This document shows, piece by piece, positions 43,157 through 53,212 of a DNA stretch of 64,000 nt. Source of the DNA: Candidatus Micrarchaeia archaeon (lineage in GTDB: Archaea > Micrarchaeota > Micrarchaeia > Micrarchaeales > Micrarchaeaceae); assembly GCA_049966775.1 (NCBI GenBank), contig JBMFTZ010000001.1, positions 21,167 through 85,166 of the forward strand, read 5' to 3'. Numbering within the stretch: the first letter of the stretch is position 1; each line of letters begins with the position of its first letter. The notes under the pieces were generated by a model, which did not search any database, had not been told where the DNA came from, and saw only the letters and a program-made list of their open reading frames with translations. Made by a program: the position numbers and the translations under genes.

Positions 43157-44161
43157 GACATAAAACAGGGCAATGAGCGCTGCGGGCACAGTGACATTGT
43201 CGTCAAAACGCGAGCTTACGCTTTCTACAAAAGCGACCACAATGGCCAGCACAATGCTGAGTACAGCTCCTTCGCCGATAGCGTAGAACGAAACGGCGCC
43301 CACAAGAGCGAAAGCCAGGAAGCCTCCAAGCGTTTTTCTACTAACATATGGCAGCTTTGCGAAGCCGAAACGCATGCCGAATATTGTGGCGAGCGCATCA
43401 CCAATGAACAGTATCGCAATTGACACTTCGAGAAATGCAGCGCCACTTATAAACCCGACAAGCATGGCGGTACCTGCTAGTATGTATATCGCACCAGAAC
43501 CGTACGTGCTACCCCGCCTTTCAAAACGCCTAAGCATGGAGTACAAGGCACCGTGGCGCTTTAGGTTAGGCAGTGAATTGTTTAGGGCATACGCTGCTAT
43601 GATCAATACGACAAGCATAGGCACGCCCATCCTGCCGAGGGCGAGCACAAGCATTACTATGACTCCCAACCCTATCTGCAGGACATCCCTGCTTGTCTCT
43701 ATGCCAACTTCATACGTTTTTTTGTTTCTATTGCTTCCTTTGGCAGCAGCGCTTTCCCTGTACATCTGCCCGTATGCGGTGCCTATCCCGAAAACGCCTA
43801 TGCCATAAGCAAACCTGCCCATGGCGCCATAAATGAACAACCCGTATATGAGCAGGAGCATAAGCCCAATGAAAAGGCAGGGCCTGCTAACGTAGGAATA
43901 GGCCAGCATAAACGCGATCAGCACTGTGCCGATCGAAGCCACGAGCAGCGGATAATAGTAACCGTTGTAGAAGCCGCCGCCGGGCACATTATATGCTCCA
44001 AGAAACAGCAGCATAAATATGGAAGTAAGCACGCCAAGGGCGAGCGCCGCGCCAAGCAGATAGCGCCTGCCTGCATTGCGGCGCATGAATATCATGCCGA
44101 TAATTACTGATATTGCCACAAGCTGCAGGAGCGAAAGCCCTAGCAGCACAAAATAATACAT
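43148..44161 (-). CDS. polytopic membrane protein, dolichol-kinase / CTP-transferase (CdsA-like) family
   Basis: The C-terminal half, FIGDALATIFGMRFGFAKLPYVSRKTLGGFLAFALVG...FDDNVTVP, resembles dolichol/phytol kinase family motifs. Confidence 0.6.
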   Translation of the reverse strand: MYYFVLLGLSLLQLVAISVIIGMIFMRRNAGRRYLLGAALALGVLTSIFMLLFLGAYNVPGGGFYNGYYYPLLVASIGTVLIAFMLAYSYVSRPCLFIGLMLLLIYGLFIYGAMGRFAYGIGVFGIGTAYGQMYRESAAAKGSNRNKKTYEVGIETSRDVLQIGLGVIVMLVLALGRMGVPMLVVLIIAAYALNNSLPNLKRHGALYSMLRRFERRGSTYGSGAIYILAGTAMLVGFISGAAFLEVSIAILFIGDALATIFGMRFGFAKLPYVSRKTLGGFLAFALVGAVSFYAIGEGAVLSIVLAIVVAFVESVSSRFDDNVTVPAALIALFYVLF

Positions 44162-44169
44162 CGGCCCAC

Positions 44170-45522
44170 TTACGGCTTGATTCTATTTATCATCCTTGGG
44201 AATGGTATCGCATCCCTTATGTGGTCAAGGTTAAGCAGCCACTTGAGCACGCGCTCGACGCCCATGCCGAATCCGGCGTGCGGCACAGAGCCGTACCTTC
44301 TTAGGTCTATATACCACGAGTAATTATTGACATTCATTTTCAGCTCGTTCATGCGCTCCAGGAGCTCTTCCAGCTTCCATATCCTTTCGCTTCCTCCTAT
44401 GATCTCTCCATGCCCATGCGGCGCCTGCAAGTCGGCGCAGAGCACTGTCCGGGGATCTTTTGGATTCACTGGCATATAAAAAGCCTTTATCTCCTTTGGC
44501 CAATTGTAGATAAATATTGGTTTGTCCTCATCGCTCGTTAGCAGGCGCTCTTCTTCAACGCCAAAATCGTCACCCCATTTTATCTTGCTGCCTTTCTGAT
44601 TCAGTATGTCTATCGCTTGCTCGTAGCTTATGCGCTTAAATGGCGACCTCACCTTCTTGATGCTTTCAACATCCACGTTTAGCTTGTGCAGTATTTCCTC
44701 ATCGTTCTTGGCAAGCTTGGACGCTATGCCGCTTACAAGCGATTCCTGAAATTTCATGTTGCGCTGGTTGTCAAAATACGCCATTTCAGGCTCAAGGTGC
44801 CAATATTCCGCAAGGTGCTTTGTTGTTCTGGATTTTTCAGCCCTATAGGATGGCGCAAACGAATATACCTTTTCCAGCGCGTATATCAGCGCCTCTACGT
44901 AAAGCTGTGAAGATTCTGTAAGGTATGCTTTGCTGTCAAAATAGTTGACTTCGAAAAGATTCGCCCCTGTTTCCCCTCCTGCAAGTGTTATAAGAGGGGG
45001 GGTCACCTCATAGAAGCCGTTCTTGTCCATGTGCTCCCTTATGTACCTGAAAAGGTGCGATCTTGCCTGCATTATATACTTCATCTTCTCGCTCCTGAGC
45101 CACAAGTGCCTCACATCAAGCAGGAACTCAGTGCTCTGGTATTCCGTTATTGGAAACTGCTCGCCGCTGTGCAGTACCATGAGATTGCTCACTTCGAGCT
45201 CCTTGCCGCCTGGAGCCCTTTCGTCACTTTTTACAACCCCCTCTAGCACTATGCTTGATTCAAGGTACGCTTTGTCTATGCTCCCCCACTCCTCACTGCT
45301 TACCTTGCTCTTGTCTACTACGCACTGCATGGTGTCGCTTACATCCCGCACTACGCAGAAGATCTTGCCGCCGCTGCTCCTCTTCCTGTATATCCATCCC
45401 TTTACCAGCACACGCTTGCCCACGCTTTTCATTGCTTCGCTTATGTGCTTGCCCTTTGAGTATACATCCAGCATATTTATCACGCGCCCTATTTTGTCAA
45501 ACATGCTTTTTATACTTTTCAA
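44170..45522 (-). CDS. asnS: class IIb aminoacyl-tRNA synthetase, most like asparaginyl-tRNA synthetase
   Basis: OB-fold N-terminus (RVLVKGWIYRKRSSGGKIFCVVRD). Motif 2 FAPSYRAEKSRTTKHLAEYWHLEPEMAYF is AsnRS-like. C-terminal HAGFGMGVERVLKWLL..IRDAIPFPR. An AspRS assignment is not excluded. Confidence 0.65.
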   Translation of the reverse strand: MKSIKSMFDKIGRVINMLDVYSKGKHISEAMKSVGKRVLVKGWIYRKRSSGGKIFCVVRDVSDTMQCVVDKSKVSSEEWGSIDKAYLESSIVLEGVVKSDERAPGGKELEVSNLMVLHSGEQFPITEYQSTEFLLDVRHLWLRSEKMKYIMQARSHLFRYIREHMDKNGFYEVTPPLITLAGGETGANLFEVNYFDSKAYLTESSQLYVEALIYALEKVYSFAPSYRAEKSRTTKHLAEYWHLEPEMAYFDNQRNMKFQESLVSGIASKLAKNDEEILHKLNVDVESIKKVRSPFKRISYEQAIDILNQKGSKIKWGDDFGVEEERLLTSDEDKPIFIYNWPKEIKAFYMPVNPKDPRTVLCADLQAPHGHGEIIGGSERIWKLEELLERMNELKMNVNNYSWYIDLRRYGSVPHAGFGMGVERVLKWLLNLDHIRDAIPFPRMINRIKP

Positions 45523-45530
45523 CTTAGCTG

Positions 45531-47375
45531 CTATATCACTAATATTATAAGCGATGCTATTATAAATGCGCTTGCTATCAGGAGCGGCACCAGCACTTTT
45601 GCTATTTCGTAGACTGATCCAAGTATCGCGCTGATGCGCTCCCTAGCGTTCGGACCCCATATCCTAAAGTTCTTTATCGCATGCATATTATGGGCTACGG
45701 ATGCGATTTCCATGTTTGATAGCGCCTCTTTTAACGCCCAGTCAACATTCTTCATTATCGCGCGATGACTCGAGTATACGCCGAGCACGTTCGAAGCATC
45801 GAGATCCAAGGTGTTTACCGCGTGGGTGTCAGTAGTGCATACTTCTGCGTCCATGCCAAACTCTTTTTTAATGTGGACCACTAGCTCTTCACGGAGCTGC
45901 GGTTGCATGTTGTTGGCATTGAACTGCAGCAGGGCATACTTGAAGCCGTTGAATCCAAATAGGACCACGTTTAGGTTGCCGTTTGCAAGATCCTTCGGCC
46001 TCCCAAGTGCATCGAACAGGTCTATTGAAGAAGAGCCTATTTTGATACTGCGCGTCCTGTGCGACGGCTTGGAAATGCGGTCTATTGCGCCGATGTACTC
46101 CTTTGCAGCATCAGAGCCCATCGATACCCCTGAAAGCTCGCTCTTGCTAGCGCTTTCGTAGCGGGAGTTGTGGGCATCTATTAGGGCTACGCCGCTAAAC
46201 ATGCGCTCCAGCTTGCTTTTCAAAAGTCTTGCAACACCAGGATCTATGTCTTCCGTCACTTTCGGCGCCCTGCTCAGTATCGCAAGCGAGGAATCCCCGA
46301 AAGAGAGCACTGACACCTTTGAATTGCCGTATGCGCTTGAATAAAAGGCAGCCTCGCTCGAGCCACGCGCCCTACTGCATTTTTCCACTGCAGAATTTAG
46401 CACCCCGCTAAGCAGTGCAAGTTGCGATGGTGCAACCGGATTGTTGTCTATATTTACTGCGGTGTGCATGATAAAGGTGGGCGCGCCATACGCAGAATGC
46501 GCGCGCCGCTCTAGCAGATACGGAAAATTGCTGCCCCCCAAAGTGCCCAGCGGACCGTAGTGCACCTCTGGTATGAAGAGTATGGCTTTTATCGCGGAGC
46601 CGTGCTTGAAAACAAAGGTATCGGTGCCGATCTCAGCGCTCACGCCTATGTTCGAGATACCTAGCGGGGGATTGACATCTATATTGAAGAGCCAGTTCTG
46701 CACAACCTGGGACATTGTATCTATCGCTTGCATACCCATGTTCTTCCGGAACGGCCTGTTGAATATGTACAGTATCATGTAGCTCATTACCAGGAATATG
46801 AACATGGCAGCATAGAGCTTGAAAAGAAGCACACGCAGCGGAACCGAAAACGTGAATATGAACTTGCTATAAGGCACGTATATGAGCACATTCAGGGTTG
46901 GCTGCACCAGAGACAATGTCAGGCCGCCTTTCTGCTTGCCGAGCAATATCTTTGTTATGAAAAACCACCAGCCAAATATGCTCGCGTCGCCAACGAGGAT
47001 TATGACAGACGAGATCGCATAGCTATGGCTGAGCGCGTAGATGGCGTTGCCCAGCAGCATGAACACAGCATAGCTACCGGCACCCACAAGCGCTATGAAA
47101 AGGATATGCTTAAGCTGTACGTACCTTTTCGCCGCCTTGAATATGATCGTGGTAAACAAAGATGGCACGACCAACACGAGCGTGCCTGTTATTACACCGA
47201 TTACTATCTCGCTTGACAGCTTGTATGCTACTGTTCGACCCATTATAGCTACAGCGCCCAAACCTGCGGCAAAGCCCACTATGAGGAGCACTGCAAGCAG
47301 GATGTATGTCGGCGGAATGCTTTTTAAAAAAATGCTCTTGTTTTTGAGTGGGTCTTCAGTACTTTTGGGCATCAA
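45531..47375 (-). CDS. membrane protein with N-terminal ~7 TM region and a large C-terminal soluble domain (DUF2070-like?)
   Basis: 614-aa ORF. The family assignment is from memory only. Confidence 0.6.
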   Translation of the reverse strand: MMPKSTEDPLKNKSIFLKSIPPTYILLAVLLIVGFAAGLGAVAIMGRTVAYKLSSEIVIGVITGTLVLVVPSLFTTIIFKAAKRYVQLKHILFIALVGAGSYAVFMLLGNAIYALSHSYAISSVIILVGDASIFGWWFFITKILLGKQKGGLTLSLVQPTLNVLIYVPYSKFIFTFSVPLRVLLFKLYAAMFIFLVMSYMILYIFNRPFRKNMGMQAIDTMSQVVQNWLFNIDVNPPLGISNIGVSAEIGTDTFVFKHGSAIKAILFIPEVHYGPLGTLGGSNFPYLLERRAHSAYGAPTFIMHTAVNIDNNPVAPSQLALLSGVLNSAVEKCSRARGSSEAAFYSSAYGNSKVSVLSFGDSSLAILSRAPKVTEDIDPGVARLLKSKLERMFSGVALIDAHNSRYESASKSELSGVSMGSDAAKEYIGAIDRISKPSHRTRSIKIGSSSIDLFDALGRPKDLANGNLNVVLFGFNGFKYALLQFNANNMQPQLREELVVHIKKEFGMDAEVCTTDTHAVNTLDLDASNVLGVYSSHRAIMKNVDWALKEALSNMEIASVAHNMHAIKNFRIWGPNARERISAILGSVYEIAKVLVPLLIASAFIIASLIILVI

Positions 47376-47387
47376 AACACTTGACAG

Positions 47388-48113
47388 CTACTTTCCAAAC
47401 CTTCGCTCCCTCTCGCCGAAGTCTTTTATGGCGCTCACTAGGTCATTCCTATCAAAGTCGGGCCAGTATTTTTTTGCAAAGTAGAGCTCAGAATAGCCCG
47501 TTTGCCATGGCAATAATCCGGATAGGCGCATCTCACCTGAGGTCCTTATGACAAGATCCACATCAGGAACCTTGGACGTTATGAGGTGCTTGACCAGCGC
47601 TTCTTCGCTAGGCGGCTCCTTAGAAGTTGCGTAGCCCTTTAGGGCGTGCACTAGGTCGTCCCTTCCGCCATATCCGATAAGCAGATTTATGGTAAATGTT
47701 TTGTATGTTCTGGTCTTCTGTTGAAGAGAGGCAAGCGCCATTTTCACATTTGCTGGTATCAGGCTTAGATTGCCTATAACATTGATTCTTGTATCGTTTT
47801 CCTTGAGCATTTTCAGTATATCTTTGTCGTTTGCTGCTTTGACGTATATATTGTAAAGTATGCTAAGCTCCCTCTTGCTTCTATTATGGATGTTTTCAAC
47901 CGAGAGAGCCCATACGGTGAGCATCTTTATCCCGAGCCCCTTGGCCCATATGCTAAATTTTATGAATTTCTTTACGCCAAGATTATACCCGCGAAAAAAG
48001 TCAAGCCGGTGCTGCCTTGCCCATCTCCTATTGCCATCTGGTATGAGCGCCACGTGGTATGGCACCTTTCCTTCTATACTGTTATGTGATCGCATATGCG
48101 CACCAATATTCAT
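47388..48113 (-). CDS. uppS: undecaprenyl/di-trans,poly-cis-prenyl diphosphate synthase (cis-prenyltransferase)
   Basis: HVALIPDGNRRWA signature, and the RTSGEMRLSGLLPWQ C-terminal motif. Confidence 0.95.
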   Translation of the reverse strand: MNIGAHMRSHNSIEGKVPYHVALIPDGNRRWARQHRLDFFRGYNLGVKKFIKFSIWAKGLGIKMLTVWALSVENIHNRSKRELSILYNIYVKAANDKDILKMLKENDTRINVIGNLSLIPANVKMALASLQQKTRTYKTFTINLLIGYGGRDDLVHALKGYATSKEPPSEEALVKHLITSKVPDVDLVIRTSGEMRLSGLLPWQTGYSELYFAKKYWPDFDRNDLVSAIKDFGERERRFGK

Positions 48114-48237
48114 AAGCCATATCTGCCTTCTTGCCGGGCTTTTTGCTGCTTTAAATAATGCAAATTAATATGAGTAATATACAAATATTAATATTGAATA
48201 GGTATAAATATAAATGCGGTGCGCTCCAGCGGTCACT

Positions 48238-49476
48238 ATGGTACGTACATCTCAGTCTGCAAATGGCTTGTATGAAGTAAAGCGCCTAGACGACTTGATG
48301 GGCAACGACAATGCGATAAAGCAGATGGAACTATACGCTTCTGACATAAGAAGCGGCAAGAAGCGCAGGCCGCTCCTGCTATATGGCCCATCTGGCACCG
48401 GGAAGACCACGGCCGCACTTTTGCTTGCGAATATGGAAGACTGGAACGTAATAGAATTCAATGCCAGCGACTACAGGGACAGCGAATCGATAGCGGCAAA
48501 ACTCCTGCCTGCTGCCACTTCCACTACGCTTTTCCACAGACATAGCCTCATCCTGCTTGACGAGATAGACGAGCTTGCAATGCACTTCGACAAAGGCGCA
48601 AGCTCCGCTGTGCTCGAGCTCATAGAAAAATCAAAGCACCCGATAATATTCACAGCTAATGACAGGTGGAGCCAGAAGATATCCTTCTTAAGGGAGAAAG
48701 TCGATTATGTCGAATTCCTTAAGATAAGCAATGATGACATTCGCAGGCTCCTCGAGGCACTAGCAAAGAAGAACTCCTTACGCATAAGCGCCGAAAACAT
48801 AAAAGCGATTGCTTACATGTCGAATGGTGACGCAAGAAGCGCGATAAACGATCTATTTACTATAGCCGGCCTTGACGGCGACGCGACAGAGCTTCTCGGA
48901 GTGAGGGATAGGAAGATTGACATCTTCAACTTCCTGGATCACGTGTTTTTAGCCAACAGCTTTGCAGGGCCGCTCCGGGCGCTGGCTGAAGTGGATATTC
49001 AGAACGACATGCTACTCAACTGGCTGGAGGAGAATATACCCGCAAGATATGTACATAGCGAAGACGTATCCAGCGCATACAACGCGCTTGCTGCTGCCTC
49101 AATGTTCTACAACTGCGCCTCTAGGAGCCAGTATTATACGTATTGGAGGTATGCAAATTCGTTCATGTCGAGCGGAGTGGCGCTTGCCAAAAGGCACAAG
49201 CCGGACACAATGCACAGGTATACTTTCCCGCGGGTGATTAAGCAGCTGAGCGCCACAAAGTCGGGCAGGGGTCGCGCAATAGTAATAGCGGCAGAGCTTC
49301 AGCACACATTCCACTCAAGCAAGCGCCATATAATCAACAACGAGATGCACATGATAGCTAATGAGGCAAGGTGGGCGCGCAAGAACGGCATCAGCGATGG
49401 TGAGATCCATGACAACATGACGTACATGTACGGCCTGACCACTGACGAGCAGGATTATATAATAGAAAATTTCTGA
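48238..49476 (+). CDS. rfcL: replication factor C large subunit-like AAA+ protein
   Basis: LLLYGPSGTGKTTAALLLA (Walker A), LILLDEIDEL, sensor region TANDRW. The track start at 48214 abuts the TATA (GTATAAATATAAATG), so ATG 48238 is likely a leaderless start. Confidence 0.7.
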   Translation: MVRTSQSANGLYEVKRLDDLMGNDNAIKQMELYASDIRSGKKRRPLLLYGPSGTGKTTAALLLANMEDWNVIEFNASDYRDSESIAAKLLPAATSTTLFHRHSLILLDEIDELAMHFDKGASSAVLELIEKSKHPIIFTANDRWSQKISFLREKVDYVEFLKISNDDIRRLLEALAKKNSLRISAENIKAIAYMSNGDARSAINDLFTIAGLDGDATELLGVRDRKIDIFNFLDHVFLANSFAGPLRALAEVDIQNDMLLNWLEENIPARYVHSEDVSSAYNALAAASMFYNCASRSQYYTYWRYANSFMSSGVALAKRHKPDTMHRYTFPRVIKQLSATKSGRGRAIVIAAELQHTFHSSKRHIINNEMHMIANEARWARKNGISDGEIHDNMTYMYGLTTDEQDYIIENF

Positions 49477-49500
49477 TGCTATGCACAAGCACAGCACGGA

Positions 49501-50892
49501 TCACGCTTCTTCTCCGATTAGGTCGAGCAAGCGTGCAAGCACGCGCTCCATGCCGGCTTCGCTGGCCTTGATGCTCGCGGCTTCCATGTGGCCGCCACCG
49601 CTAACCGCGCCGCCTGTTTCAACGCGCAACCTGTTTATTTTTGCTAATATATTAATGCTGGGACCGATCTCCTTGCTAAGCCTTATTGATGCAAAATTCC
49701 CATAATGCACTATCGTTATGGTATTCGGCCCATTTAGCGTTTCAAACTTTCGCTGCATGGCTGAGCTGAAGCGGCCAGGCAGCGGGTAATCATTGTCGGG
49801 GCTCGAAATGTGCTTAAAATCCACAACATGCACGGTTATGGAGCCGACATTGTGCGTTTTCACCGCGCGTAGACCCGCATCTATGGCTTCAGACATGAGG
49901 TTTTTAGCGTGTGTATACACGCTTTCGAGCTCTTCACTGCTGCTTATTATGGAATCTATCCGGCTAGGCGACACGCCCTTGCCGCTGGGCTTGGTGGACG
50001 TAAGGTAATCAAGCACAACCGCTATCTTTTCGGCAAGCGAACCCACAGTGAAGTCTGCAAAGCTGCTGAAATCGCTTATGAATGATGCTTTTTCGAACAC
50101 GCTTAATTCTAGTCCTGAGATCAATTCCGCGAATACCGAGGCAAGCGCACCTGCCGTGAAATTGGAATCGCCACCAAAATCCCACGGATTGATGTAGTGC
50201 GCAGGCTTTACAGATTCGAAGCCAACGTATGGCATGTGATGGTCCAGCATTATAATATCGCAAGCATCGCGCGCCTGCGTAATGCCGCTTTCGCTCTCTT
50301 GGTTGGTTCCAAAATCAATGATCAACACTATTGGCTTCTCGACGCTTTTGCAGCCTTCGAAGAAGATCCGGTCAAAGTAGAAGTCCTCAATGGTATAAGC
50401 TATGCTCCGGTTCATGCGCCAGCTAATTACCGGCTCGATGCCCAAAATTTCACTGATATGCATTGCAGCTTTATAGAGTGCAGTGGCACCGCTAGCCCCG
50501 TCGCCGTCATTATGGAAGCGCACCACAATTGGAGCACCGGAGAGCAGAGCCTTTAGGAACACTCGAGCTGCGGCGTCAAGTGGTCGTAACATAGCCACTG
50601 CGGCGCTCAGCACTGTCCCGCTATAGCGCTTTTTAAGCGCTCGAATGTTTTTTGAACTGTATATGCTTTCAAGCATTTTGGCCATCATTTCTTCATAGAT
50701 TTGCACCACGCCTGCGCCTGAATCCACGGTTACCATACCTGAGTCGCTAACTTCGACCAGGTCCCCAACTTCGACCTTGTCACCGTTTCTCTTGCGGTAT
50801 AGCACATGCGAAGAGACTATTGTACACAGGTCATCGGAGGGATTCTCTTCGTATTTTACTGAGGTAAGAATACCTTTGTTTTTTTCAAGCAT
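49501..50892 (-). CDS. DHH/DHHA1 phosphoesterase (archaeal RecJ/GAN-like)
   Basis: VRFHNDGDGASGATAL, LIIDFG, IIMLDHHMP, GGGHMEAASI. Confidence 0.8.
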   Translation of the reverse strand: MLEKNKGILTSVKYEENPSDDLCTIVSSHVLYRKRNGDKVEVGDLVEVSDSGMVTVDSGAGVVQIYEEMMAKMLESIYSSKNIRALKKRYSGTVLSAAVAMLRPLDAAARVFLKALLSGAPIVVRFHNDGDGASGATALYKAAMHISEILGIEPVISWRMNRSIAYTIEDFYFDRIFFEGCKSVEKPIVLIIDFGTNQESESGITQARDACDIIMLDHHMPYVGFESVKPAHYINPWDFGGDSNFTAGALASVFAELISGLELSVFEKASFISDFSSFADFTVGSLAEKIAVVLDYLTSTKPSGKGVSPSRIDSIISSSEELESVYTHAKNLMSEAIDAGLRAVKTHNVGSITVHVVDFKHISSPDNDYPLPGRFSSAMQRKFETLNGPNTITIVHYGNFASIRLSKEIGPSINILAKINRLRVETGGAVSGGGHMEAASIKASEAGMERVLARLLDLIGEEA

Positions 50893-50904
50893 GAGAATCT
50901 ACGC

Positions 50905-51957
50905 TCACTTTACACTGCCATAACAGGCGTCCATTGCTGTGCTGTTGAGTATATAGCCGCAGTAAGAGGACTGGTTGTATTCGTATGCAAGCGTATATAT
51001 GCAATTGTCCTTGTATGTTTCATTGCTTATGGTAAGGCATTGGGATACGTTGTCTTCCTTAAGCGCCTCATCGCTTGCATATGAATATTCGCAAATGTCC
51101 TTAAGGTAACTGGGCACATTGCTGCAGATAGCAGATTCGTTGACTGTGACATTTGCGGTACGATTTGCGAACATGCCTTTGCATATTTCACTGGTAATGC
51201 CCGTGGTGAAAGAGCACAGAGAGCTGTTTTTGGTCTCGTTTGCAAGCTGCAGGTAGCAGTACTGCCTTGGGGTAATGTTGAGGCTTGAAAGCTCCATTCC
51301 TACCCCTAGCGGGTAATTCGAATTCTGCGGCAGCATGTACGATTCCACAGTGCTATTGACAACATCTGGCAGGTAGCCACAATAGCTCTGATTTTTATAC
51401 AGTATAGCGCGCCTATAGTAGTATAGGTATGAGCACTCAGCAGAAAGCGTCGAATTGCTTATATCGCTGCATCTGCCTATGCTGCTGAAGTTAGTGCTCT
51501 TGGCGTAATTGTATAAACATTCTGACCTGTACGGCTCTTCCAGCGTTTTGCACGCCGTCTCGTTTGAAGTGCTGTTTGCTACAGTATATGCGCATTCTTC
51601 ATACGCTTGCGTATTGTTTAGATAGCCGCATAGCGCTATGCTGTCTTTGGCGCTCGCTATTCCTAGTATGCAAGCGTATTCATCGCTTTTGCTCGATATA
51701 AACTTGCAGATGGTAGCATTGCTGGTGGAGCCAGCAAGGTTGGCGAAGCAGCTGTCCCTCTGCTGCGATAGCACTATGCTCCTGCATTCCTGCAACGCGC
51801 CCTTCCTCTGACCTAAGAGTAGTATTGCAGCTACAATAAGAAGTATTACGGCAACTGATAGGTATAGTATCCGCTTATCCTTTTCGGTGAGCACTATCGA
51901 ATAGCCTTTTTCCTGCTTGCTACCGGCAGCGCTACTGCTCTGCTTTCCACCGAACAT
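50905..51957 (-). CDS. N-terminally anchored protein built of about 10 Cys-pair repeats
   Basis: 350 aa, one TM (LSVAVILLIVAAILLL). There are then repeated ~26-30-aa units C-x(10-12)-C-x(12-16), e.g. CRSIVLSQQRDSCFANLAGSTSNATI, CKFISSKSDEYACILGIASAKDSIAL and CSNVPSYLKDICEYSYASDEALKEDNVSQ. Many sequons. Confidence 0.7.
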   Translation of the reverse strand: MFGGKQSSSAAGSKQEKGYSIVLTEKDKRILYLSVAVILLIVAAILLLGQRKGALQECRSIVLSQQRDSCFANLAGSTSNATICKFISSKSDEYACILGIASAKDSIALCGYLNNTQAYEECAYTVANSTSNETACKTLEEPYRSECLYNYAKSTNFSSIGRCSDISNSTLSAECSYLYYYRRAILYKNQSYCGYLPDVVNSTVESYMLPQNSNYPLGVGMELSSLNITPRQYCYLQLANETKNSSLCSFTTGITSEICKGMFANRTANVTVNESAICSNVPSYLKDICEYSYASDEALKEDNVSQCLTISNETYKDNCIYTLAYEYNQSSYCGYILNSTAMDACYGSVK

Positions 51958-51966
51958 TTGCTCTGC

Positions 51967-52692
51967 CTACTCCCCTGCAAATATCCTAAAACCGTCTTCT
52001 GTTATCTCGTATGGGGACAGCATCCAGCTGTGGTTGCTGCCACGCATTTTAAGCACCTCCATTGTGGGTATCCTCCGATCTTCCTGACCATTGGCGTATA
52101 GCGCGATGATCCCGTCGAAGATAAAGAACTCCTGAGTAAACTTCAGATTGGTTCTTTCTGTCGAGGATATGTCTGAAGTTATGATGCTCGTTATGCCTAA
52201 TCTTCGGAGATTTGACACCAGCGCAATCATCGATTTTCTGTACACGAACGGATCGCCGATCATGAGTTTTATTATTGATATCGAATCTATGGCTATTACC
52301 TTTGCACCGTTCTCCTTGACTATCGCCTCTATATCTGAAAGCATATTGCCGAAAGAGTACATCTGAGAATCAGAAGGGGTCGTAACCCGCAGGGCTGGAT
52401 CCTCGCCATCAACAATAAGCGCTTTTCTTGATATCAGCTCATCAATATCTGGGAACTTGGCAAATGTGATTTTCGCATTTCTTACCACCGTACTTGGCTG
52501 CTCTTCCAGCGCTATGAACGCTGAGGGTATACCGCTCTTGGCACAATGGTAAAGGATCTCGAAACTCATAAGTGTTTTGCCCGTACCCGGACCTCCTGCG
52601 ATTAGCACCTGGTTGCTTACGGGTATGCCGCCGAAAAGCAGATTGTCGAGCCCTTCTATGTCGGTTTTGATCCGCTCTACCTGGTCTTCCAT
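51967..52692 (-). CDS. KaiC/RecA-superfamily ATPase (single KaiC-like domain)
   Basis: MEDQVERIKTDIEGLDNLLFGGIP..IAGGPGTGKTLMSFEILYH (Walker A), VIAIDSIS (Walker B-like). ATG at 52692; the track ORF extends to 52746. Confidence 0.85.
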   Translation of the reverse strand: MEDQVERIKTDIEGLDNLLFGGIPVSNQVLIAGGPGTGKTLMSFEILYHCAKSGIPSAFIALEEQPSTVVRNAKITFAKFPDIDELISRKALIVDGEDPALRVTTPSDSQMYSFGNMLSDIEAIVKENGAKVIAIDSISIIKLMIGDPFVYRKSMIALVSNLRRLGITSIITSDISSTERTNLKFTQEFFIFDGIIALYANGQEDRRIPTMEVLKMRGSNHSWMLSPYEITEDGFRIFAGE

Positions 52693-52972
52693 ACTATCAC
52701 AGACATGGGATATATAGTAAATCACAAATAAAAACTTATCTAACACACAGGTCCGATTCTCCGCGCGGGCATCTTGTAAAGTTATAAGTATTAAAAACCT
52801 TTACACGAGCGGGTCTTTTCCGAAAGCTCACACTTTCGGTATCCCCACTCAATCAATATGGCAACTTTTACCCAACAATTTCAGATACGTCTTGTTTTCC
52901 TATGTTTTACAGTTGTTTCTTCTGTTGCAGGGCCAACTTTTCAATATCTACACCGCCTTTGCAACAGACAAC

Positions 52973-53212
52973 CTATTTGGGGTATTCACTTCCATGTGTA
53001 TGAGCATAATCATCGCCAAAGGCAGATTCCTTTATTTCAATGCCATTTGCCGAGGCAATTTTATAGATTGCAGTTTTTATTATTCGCTGCGTCTTCAGAT
53101 TTTTGAACACCTTGAACCCGTATTTCGAAACTAAGACAATATGCTGCCGATTGTACCTATGACCATAGGTATCTTCACTCAGGTTTTTATTTTTATAGTT
53201 CACACTATACAT
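52973..53212 (-). pseudogene. IS200/IS605 TnpA (Y1 HUH transposase) N-terminal remnant
   Basis: HIVLVSKYGFKVFKN and IEIKESAFGDDYAHTHG resemble the TnpA blocks (HIVF.TKYR..VL; IEI.E..V..DHVHLL). It is truncated before the catalytic Tyr helix. A 7-bp hairpin ccgaaag-ctcaca-ctttcgg lies at 52820-52839. Confidence 0.5.
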
